A stretch of 38,149 nucleotides of DNA from Mesotaenium endlicherianum. Its lineage: Eukaryota. The DNA is taken from contig WELA01000919.1 of assembly GCA_009602735.1 (NCBI GenBank), positions 41,377-79,525 on the forward strand. The letters are read 5' to 3'. Of this stretch, positions 29,033 to 38,149 are shown one piece after another; position 1 is the first letter of the stretch, and each line of letters opens with the position of its first letter. The translations under genes and the position numbers were made by a program. The notes under the pieces were generated by a model that worked only from the letters and a program-made list of their open reading frames with translations, had not been told where the DNA came from and did not search any database.

Positions 29033-31138
29033 AGAATGTGTGGCCTGCTGCTTGTGTTCCTGTTGCCTTGTGTTCAACCCTAGGGCAAAACCAAACGTCA
29101 AAATTCAGAACCCTCAAAGCCTACAAATCCTAGAGCTCGTGCCCAGGGCCCTGTGTTCAAGGTGCTGTGGCGTTCCTGTCCCTGCTTGCTTGCGTTGTTC
29201 TCTTGCACGCCCGCTCTTCCTTCCAGGCTTACGCCGCAGGTAGATGCGCGGCCACTTGGGGATCCGTGCCAGGCGTGGTTGTGCTCAGGAGGAGCGTGGT
29301 GTCTGCATGGTTGTCAGTGCTACTTGTACTTTTATTGCAACACTTCAATTTTTATTATGCCCTTCTCAGTGAGGCACACCCCGACACGAGCACACGCGCG
29401 CGCACAGACACAAAATGGGAGGGCCCGCACGCGCGAGAGTGCATGCGCGTGTGCGCATGCGCTCCCGCACGTGTGTGTGTGTGTGAGTGTGTGTGTGTGA
29501 GTGTGTATGTCTGCGCGTGCGCGCGCCAGTGTCAAGTGATGGCTGAGACAGGCATGCGTGGATGCTGTTGCGTGAAGTGCTGCTCGTAAGCCCTGAAACG
29601 GAATTCCCCTCACCTTGCTTGCCAGCTGGGAACTAGAAGAAGCCCTGTGTGGTGTCCACTTCACCTGTGTTTGCCCACGCACCCTCTGACACGGAACTGG
29701 TGACAGAAGCAAATAAGTTTGTACGCATGGTTATACGCGTATTATGTTATATATGTGTTTAGATACGTGTTATGTACGTGTTATATGTGTGTATATACGT
29801 ATTTCATAATATACGTGAATGTCCTAAGTGTAACTAGGAACATAAACACATCGGCACTCTTTTTGTAGATGTAGAAAAAACTGATGTGGTAGAAATATTT
29901 TCCCGCTCTTATCCTTGGCTGCCACTGCTGCTCCTGCTGCTGCTTTTGCTGTTACGGCTGCACCTCCTGTTGCTGCTGCTGCTGCTGAATTGTGGAAATC
30001 TGCATCCCAGCTACGGCACGTTTGCGACGGGGGGGTGCGACGGGTACGTGAATGTGTGGGATGGCAACAACAAGAAGCGCCTCTACCAGGTACTCTTTCC
30101 CCCCATTCCTCCCCCTTTCTCCTCCTCCTCCTGCCACTGCCATTCCTCCTCCTCCTCCTCCTCTTCCACCACCTTCTGCCGCTGTTCCTCCTCCTCCTCC
30201 TCCTGCTGCTGCTGTTGCTTTTGTTGCTGCTGCTGGCCCGACAGTTGATGCTCGAAGGTCTGATTTTTGATGTCTCACTCAGCAGCGCAGGGGTGTTTTT
30301 AGGGGGGGGGGAGTTGGGAGGGGGGGGAGGAAAAGGGGAAGGGGGGGGGTGGCTCATCATTCCAGCGCATCATCATCACCCGCATGGTAGCAGTGCCTCC
30401 TTCTTTCCCGGCTTGCTCGCAGCCCGCACCTTCCCTCTTGGGAGATCAGAGTTTGGCTGCTGTTGTACTACTCCGATAGCACCAGGGGGAAGAGACCGGT
30501 GGAAGGAGGTCCGGGGCGGGGTGAGTGAGAGGGGTGAGTCTGCAGCGGGCTGGCGGCGTCTGGCACTTGTGTACGGCTGCGCCTCCCTGTCTGTGGTGAG
30601 CTCAGACTGCTTGCGTGCGTGCTTGCTTCTTTGGTTTTTGTTGCTTGTAACATTTTTGTTGCTTTCTTCTTGCTTTCGGGGACTGGGGGGGGGCGGGTGG
30701 GGGGCCTTGGGGGGTGTAATCGCAGTACACTCAGTACCCGACAAGTATCGCCGCGCTGTCCTTCAGCCGCGACGGACGCTTGCTGGCCGTCGCTTCGAGC
30801 TACACCTTTGAGATGGGCGACATCCCGTAAGCCTCTCCCTCCCCCCCAATAGCTCTTTGATCTCTCTTGTGATGTATGTGTGTGTGTGTGTGTGTGTTTG
30901 TGTGTGTGTATGTGTGCGCGTACGCGCGTGTTTGTGGATTGTGAGTGTGGAGGACAGGTAGTAGTTTTGTGCAAGGCCACGGCTTGGACTGAGCAAACCA
31001 GCCCGTATGCTGCTGCCATGCTGCCACCATGACAAGTGTCCTGCCACCTGTCCTGGGTGGGTGTGCAGGCACGAGCGCGACAGCGTATATGTGAGGGCCG
31101 TGAACGACGTGGAAGTGAAGCCCAAGCCAAAGGTCTAG
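23148..31138 (+). CDS. BUB3: Mitotic spindle checkpoint WD40 protein BUB3 (332 aa, 9 exons)
   Basis: Exons 23148-23261, 23532-23662, 25098-25180, 26054-26317, 27077-27152, 28398-28478, 30011-30089, 30726-30826, 31069-31138 total 999 nt in frame. Motifs [67 protein letters not shown]. Confidence 0.96.
28586..29031. repeat. (CTGC)n followed by (CT)n microsatellite spanning an N-gap, BUB3 intron 6
   Basis: Direct reading. Confidence 0.9.
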
Positions 31139-32910
31139 GGTCAGGGTTCAGGGTCTGAGCGGCCCGCAGGAGTGTTTTCCCCGGCATCCTAAAGCTAGAG
31201 CGTGAACTTCACGCAAGCTGCCGCCAGCATGAGATTCAGCGTCCTACATCGCTCGTGGTCCCTTGCTTTTGCATAGTCAATCTCGTCGTGCCTTGCTGAA
31301 GTGTTTGTCTCCCCTGTGACACGCGCGCTACCTTGGTGGTCTGTTAGTGTGATGGCACTTCTGCTTTCCATCTCTGTGGGTACTTCTTTGGAAACATAGA
31401 AATCAGTGTCCTGAGGTTCTCCTCCTGGCTGATTGCAACGAGGAAGAAAGGATGCAAGTGCGTGCATGTGAGTCTCCAATCAACAACGGAGTGTATGGAA
31501 TGTACATTACAAGTTGGTTGCTGCTTAGCATGCATCTCTATTGCATTATAGTGTCCTCGCATCGTCCCTGGCTTAAGCATAAAGTATGTGGCATGTCAGA
31601 TTCAAGCACGTGATTTTCTCCCTCTCAGTGCACGCAAGCTTGGCACTTGTTTACACAACCGATATGTGTATCTGCTGCAGGTATGAAACATTGTCAATTG
31701 TACGTCTTAATTTGGCGGGATCTTCCTGGAATCTGTACCAAAGTGCAATATGTACCAATAAAAATGAATGCCACCCCACGAGGTACTCACGCGTCTACGC
31801 AGCTCCCCGCACCACTTACTCTCGGCTGGTCAGCCCCAAAAGGCACCGTTGTATATGTTTCTGGCTGTGATTCTCAATGCAAACATTAGAATCTCGCTAG
31901 TCCCAGAGGTTTGACTATTGTCACTGTCATACTTGCTCGTTGAGGGTCAGACCCAGCACTTAGCTAGCTTCGATGCACGCGCATGATTTAAGCAGTGCCA
32001 GTAGACAGTGCATGCCGTATGTGTGATTAACTTCGGGACGAAGCAAAATCTATACAAGATACAGGGCTGCATATTTCGATTACAAAAAATATTCATCAGT
32101 AATGTATACCATAGCCTTCAGAGAGGATTTCATATTGGGCTTTGCTAATCTTCCAAAATATCTTAGAGCATGAGTTGCATAAGCTGCAAACGAGTGGTGG
32201 AATCAAACATACAGTAAGCTGGCCAGACAACCCGGATAGATGGCACAATTGGGGATGTCCTGGCATACGCGCGGATAGGAAAAGTGAATCAAGTGGTGCT
32301 TATAATATGTCCAAGTTCTAACAAAGTGTGCGTTCATCAGAGCCTACAAAAGGCTGCATCTCATGCACGAGGACCCCAAACAAATCTGACACGACCTCTT
32401 CAAACAAGCACACGACGAACCATAGTACCTAACTCATGCGGCGCGGCCACGTAGCGCTACATGCCCTATTTTGGGCTCGGCCAACCCTATACTTCCTCAA
32501 CTTATTTACAGCCATAGCAATAATAACAGCAATAGTAATATAAGAGGATAACGGAAGGAGCTACTAGGTTCCCGCGTCACACTCAGCGACGGCAACTCCG
32601 CAGCCAGAGCACGTTGCGATCACGATCAGCATCCATCATCATCATCATTATCATCATCAAATGAACAGGTGGCACAGCGCCGGCAGTTCAGCATCCCCTA
32701 CCTTCCTCAAGGGGGGAGCTTCAAGTAGCCGGCGCACGCGCACGCTCCATCTGCCTCCTGTCCACCTCAGGCTTAAGCTGTCATTCTTGCCCCCTACTCA
32801 ACCCCTGCCTACAGGAAGGAGGAAGCCCCACCTCCTCTGCAACCCTGGGGAGCATAAACTGGCAGGCATGGTAACCCTACACCTAGCTAGCAGCAACGTG
32901 CTCTTTCCTC

Positions 32911-35900
32911 TTACAGCATCGGCTTCCGAGCGCCGACCGCCCCCAGGGGGAGCGCGCGACCTCTCCTCCTCTGCCCCCCGAAGAAGATCACGAGCGCGCA
33001 CGCGGAAAAAGCCACACCAAAGCAGCTGAGGTACACCACCGACAGGCTCTGGAAGGGCGCATACTCTGAGCCTGTGCTCGACAGGCTTTCGACGCTCAGC
33101 CCCCTCGGGCCCTCCCTCAGGCCCTCCCTTGGGCTTTCTCTGTCCTCCTGCCTCTGCCCCTTTCTTCCCTCCTTCCTCTCCGTCCCGCGCCGCCCACCCT
33201 GCTGCCCCCCTGCGCCTCCTCTCTCCTGGCTGTCGATTGCGGTGGTCAAATGATCCCCAGAGGGGCCCCTCTGCCTCCAGGGGACCGAAAGTCTTCTCTG
33301 CTCCTCCTCCTCCTTCTCCCCTTCCCCCTCTCCAGAGCTCACAACGACCAGAGCCTCCATGCCCTCCACGCCGCCGCCACCTGGCTTCTTGCCACCAGAC
33401 ATCCTGCCACCTGGCATCCGTGCGCGGCCCCCGCGTGCGGAGTCACCACCCCTCTGGGCACTTGCCCCGCGGAGGAGGGGGCCTTTCGCGATTGCTCCTG
33501 AGAAAGGGGGGGCGCTCTCCTCCAGAATAAAGTCGAGGCCTGTGGGGGCAGATGGCAGCACCATGGCGGGCGTGGTGGCGCTGATGTGGCCCTCCATGCT
33601 CACCGTCACTGCTCCCGCCGCCACCCCATGCATCCGCCATGTGGCGCAATATTGGGTTAACACGTTGAGTACACACACATTGAGTCAGCACCGGTGCAAG
33701 GGCAGACACTTGTCACGCGGATGTCGAGACACCTGGGCCCCACATGTCAAAGGGCCAGAACTTGGCCGGCTGAGAAAACAGTAGAGGTGCATGATTGTGG
33801 GTTGATGCTTCACCCGCTCAACCCAGCTCCCCCTCGCAGCCTCAGCCCCCGGCCGTGACCGAGAAAGTTTGTGCACGTCTGCGCGCACGCATGTGGGTCT
33901 GCATGTGTGTCCGATGTGCGTGCACACATACATGCGTGCGCGCGTGAGTATGTGTGCGCCGGTGCTTGTGTGTGTGTGTGCGTGCGTGTGTGCATGTGTA
34001 TGCGTGTGTGCGTGTGTGTGTGTAGGCACATGCCCTTTACTGCAAGCACGTAGTGCAAAACTCTCATCCCACAGAGGGTGCGAGTGCCTCGCCGTCGGTG
34101 ATTGAAAACAGATGTGTAAGCAGCGCACTGCGCCAACAAGCCCCGCCTCCCAGGAGAGGCGCCAGCACACACACGAGGAGAGGGCAGGACAGGTGGCAAA
34201 ATTCCCACACCTTGGTAGGTTCCGGGAGTAAGAAGGCGGTAGAAATCCCCCAGCGACGCTCTTGCTGTGATCTGCACCCCCCCGCAAGCCCCACAAAGAA
34301 AAGAAACCACACACACACACATAGTCCACGTTTACATGTGCTCGGTTGGGGCGCTATAGATCTACACGCTCACATGATGTTCAAACTTACTTGCATCCGC
34401 AGGCATTCAGATACACATTCATACACCACACCCACACGCACACACGCACACATGCACACGCACACAGGCACACGCACACGCACACACGCACACGCACACA
34501 CGCACACGCACACGCACACATACACACACATGCGTTTCTGAGTATACACGCCCGTAGCATGTGGAGGTAAGAAGGGCAGCGGCAACAGACGTGCACCCGC
34601 CTGCCAGCCCCCCCATGATTTCATCTCCCCCTTGCCTCAAGCACTCGCGCTGGAGTTGGTCGGGAGGCAACATGTTTAAGAGCAGCAGCAGCAGCATGCT
34701 GGACCAGTGCCCCTAGTCCGCACCTAGACCAGCTTTCCTCCTCCTCCTCCTCCTCCTCCTCCTCCTCCTCTTCCTACTATAGTATAGCTTCAAATGAACG
34801 TTAAGCACATCCGTCCCTCCCTTACTCCCTCACTCCTTCCCTCCCTTACACCTGCTGCTTGTGGAGCAGGGGCGCAGATGAGGGGGGCTCACGTTGTAGT
34901 CGATGCCGGCGATGGACACGGTGGCAGCCAGAGGCTTCCCCGTCGCCGCCGACGTCACCTTGCCGTGGAGGCCCGTCTGCCCGCCCGCCCGCCACGTGGC
35001 GTCCACGAAGCCACCCCGCCGCCCCCCGAAGCCACATGGAGGAGCTGCCACATCAGCAAGCAGCGGCAATGGCAGGGGCGGCAGGAGTGGCAGGGGCAGC
35101 GGCGCAGGGGGGCGTGATGGAGGCGCGGGCGTGAGATGTGGGCAGGTGAGAGGCGTGCAGAGAGGGCGTCCGGCCCTGCTCCAGGGCAGGGCAGGGCAGG
35201 GCAGGGCAGGGGGGCTCGAGCCTAATAAACTAGCCCTGCCAACCCCCACATCCCACCTGGCAACCTGAGGTTCTGTCGGCAGCACATGCGTCAGTCCTAG
35301 CTTTGGGAAGAACACGGAAAGTCGGACCACACCCGTAATTCACGCTTGTGAAACTCCAAACTGGCAGGCTGGGAGGGGGGAGAATCAGCCCTCCTCCCTC
35401 TTCAGGGGCAACGCTCTCACGCCATTGCGGGGGACCAACGGCCGATAGCGGTCTGGGCGGAGCCAGAGACGGCAGAAGAGAGGGGGCGGCCCTAGTGCAG
35501 GTCTGGCGTTTACTGGAAGTATCATTAGAGTTTTGTTTAAAAGAACGGGTGGAGGCTTCTTGCGCGTGCGTTTGGAGGAGAAATGGAGAGTCAGGGCGAG
35601 GGGGCGGGCGTAAAGGAGAGGGCGGGGGCAGACCCTGAGAAAGGGGGGCCCGAGGGGGGGNNNNNNNNNNNNNNNNNNNNNNNNNNNNNNNNNNNNNNNN
35701 NNNNNNNNNNNNNNNNNNNNNNNNNNNNNNNNNNNNNNNNNNNNNNNNNNNNNNNNNNNNNNNNNNNNNNNNNNNNNNNNNNNNNNNNNNNNNNNNNNNN
35801 NNNNNNNNNNNNNNNNNNNNNNNNNNNNNNNNNNNNNNNNNNNNNNNNNNNNNNNNNNNNNNNNNNNNNNNNNNNNNNNNNNNNNNNNNNNNNNNNNNNN

Positions 35901-37479
35901 NNNNNNNNNNNNNNNNNNNNNNNNNNNNNNNNNNNNNNNNNNNNNNNNNNNNNNNNNNNNNNNNNNNNNGGGGGGGGTGTTGGAGGGGTTCCCCGGCTCT
36001 GAGCGCTATGATGGGCGGCAGGGGCGTGTGCTGCGCACTCTATGACGACTAGGCTCACCAGCGCTGCAGAGCAGTCACCTGCGCAACAGCTGGCACGGCC
36101 AAGTGGCATATCATGCTTTGCACAATCGGAACTGAAGTCGTACTGGCCTGCCGTCCGCCGCTCGCAGAGAAGTTGCCAGGCGGTGTGAGTAGACAGCACC
36201 CGTTGCGCCAGTGACCCTACTGGCCCTCACCTCCCGACCTCGAAGCGCATTCAATGCCGCACACATGCACACGTAGACACACACACAGACACAAACGCAC
36301 ACATGTGCAGACACACACGGGCGGAGAGACAGGCAAAGAGGAATCCAACACACGGGCAGACAGACAGCCACAGGCACACAGACCCACACGGACGGACACA
36401 CACGAAGCGGAGGGGAGGGGGAGTGCTCGAGCAGTACCTTGGCCGGCAGGGCAGCGAGCGCCAGCATGGCGGGCCTGTGCTGCTCCCACAGCTCGCGCAG
36501 CTGCACTCCCCGCCCAGACGCCACGTTACCACACCCCCTCCAAGTCACACTACTGTCATCAAGACATAATGCATGTCAACTCATGCCCTGACTCTGTCGG
36601 AGCACGAGAAAAGCCCCTCTTTCTACCCCTTCCCCTCCCCCCACCCCTCCCCCTCCCGGTCCCANNNNNNNNNNNNNNNNNNNNNNNNNNNNNNNNNNNN
36701 NNNNNNNNNNNNNNNNNNNNNNNNNNNNNNNNNNNNNNNNNNNNNNNNNNNNNNNNNNNNNNNNNNNNNNNNNNNNNNNNNNNNNNNNNNNNNNNNNNNN
36801 NNNNNNNNNNNNNNNNNNNNNNNNNNNNNNNNNNNNNNNNNNNNNNNNNNNNNNNNNNNNNNNNNNNNNNNNNNNNNNNNNNNNNNNNNNNNNNNNNNNN
36901 NNNNNNNNNNNNNNNNNNNNNNNNNNNNNNNNNNNNNNNNNNNNNNNNNNNNNNNNNNNNNNNNNNNNNNNNNNNNNNNNNNNNNNNNNNNNNNNNNNNN
37001 NNNNNNNNNNNNNNNNNNNNNNNNNNNNNNNNNNNNNNNNNNNNNNNNNNNNNNNNNNNNNNNNNNNNNNNNNNNNNNNNNNNNNNNNNNNNNNNNNNTC
37101 CCCCCCACCCCTGGCCTACCTCAACATCACGCCCTCTCCACTCCGACTACCAAGTAGGCACACACAGCACTGCCCACGTCCATCGTATGGCCCAGAAGTT
37201 GCGCCAGACGTCCGAGCCAAGAGCGAGCTGCAGAGCCCTCTGAGGACAGAGAAGGGCTCCTCCCTTCCTTCTCTCCCTCGCCCCCTCTCCTGCCCCATTC
37301 TCTCTCGCCCTCTCATACTCTGAGAGACAGACACGAGGGGGGCTAGCGAGCGTGAAGTGGACACGCGCGCGCGCACCTGCGACGCGGGCGGCCACTTGTC
37401 GTCGTTCATCTCGATGGTGATGTCCATGCAGCCCGCGTGGATGTAGTTCCAGTCCTGCATGCCGCCGTACACCGCATAC
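32911..37479 (-). CDS. SOL1: M14 zinc carboxypeptidase D / SOL1-like, 3' part (5' exons outside window), C-terminal transmembrane helix
   Basis: Exons (minus) 37479-37377 (YAVYGGMQDWNYIHAGCMDITIEMNDDKWP, includes the catalytic Glu region), 36500-36438, 34976-34893 (TGLHGKVTSAATGKPL), 34271-34211 (GDFYRLLTPG), 33608-32911 (VTVSMEGH..LDFIL..hydrophobic VVYLSCFGVAFSACALVIFF). All phases compatible. Confidence 0.88.
34425..34532. repeat. (CA/CG)n compound microsatellite
   Basis: Direct reading; similar tracts at 25657-25752, 26351-26400, 30877-30912, 33960-34022 and 37589-37648. Confidence 0.9.
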
Positions 37480-37586
37480 CTGCCGCCCGCCCGCCCGCCC
37501 GCCCGCCGCTCCAGAGACAGCATACATGTTACACACAGACATGTCCTTTGCTACAGTGACGCGTGCGTTTGCTCATATATGTGTGT

Positions 37587-37643
<57 letters not shown>

Positions 37644-38149
37644 CGTGTGCGGGGAATATACGAGCACATACGACCTGTACACGCATCTGCACACGCAGCC
37701 TGCAGGTGTATGAGTACGTGAAAAAGGAAAAGAGAGATACAGAGAGCCTTCATGAGAGCTGCGGGGGTGCTTCACCAGGGGGGCCAGGGCGCCACAGGAA
37801 CGGGCCAGCACCCGCTCTCCGAGCAACGCAGCAGCCGGGGGCCAGTCAGCACGCAACACGTGTAACACGTCCAAACGTGCTCGCGAGAGAGAACGCAGCA
37901 GAGCGTGCGAGGCGGGGCAGGCGCGCGGAAAAGAGAAACCGCCCGCGCGCACGCACCGTCACCTCACAGAAGAAACAGAAGAGATGGGGGGGCAGGTTCC
38001 AAAAAAAAAAACTGGGAGATGACAGAGTCGGGGTTTGTGTGTTGGTAAAAGAGCAGGGTTTTCAGGAAAGGAAACTATCTGCCTTAGAACGTGGCAGAGT
38101 GGGGAGGAGAAGGACAGGGGAAAAAGAAGGGAGGGGAAGGGGGGAAGGG

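Overview
Eukaryotic, intron-rich, microsatellite-rich draft-assembly DNA with five N-gaps. Gene content (plant-type BUB3, At5g02240/At2g37660-type NAD(P)-binding protein, SOL1-like carboxypeptidase, COV1 fragment) suggests a green-lineage genome, probably a streptophyte alga (inference). Four spliced genes were reconstructed by hand. (1) A ~2,270-codon ZNFX1-like SF1 RNA helicase/E3 ligase (+, 2384-10712, 5 coding exons). Its N-terminus is unusual: a putative RIG-I-CTD/Yippee-like zinc module, a PB1 domain and a CCCH finger precede the ZNFX1 core (helical region, helicase, NF-X1 zinc fingers, RING-like, TPR-like, RZ finger). It also has one in-frame TAG at 4419-4421. (2) A plastid-type NAD(P)-binding Rossmann protein (+, 15713-21765). 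(3) A complete BUB3 (+, 23148-31138). (4) The 3' part of an M14 carboxypeptidase D/SOL1-like gene (-, 32911-37479+). Also present: an orphan frameshifted COV1 exon, a MITE-like element with 15-bp TIRs, several minisatellites, and a consistent C-rich-5'/G-rich-3' intron polarity. The main candidate novelty is the single-polypeptide RNA sensor/polymer/helicase/ubiquitin-ligase architecture.
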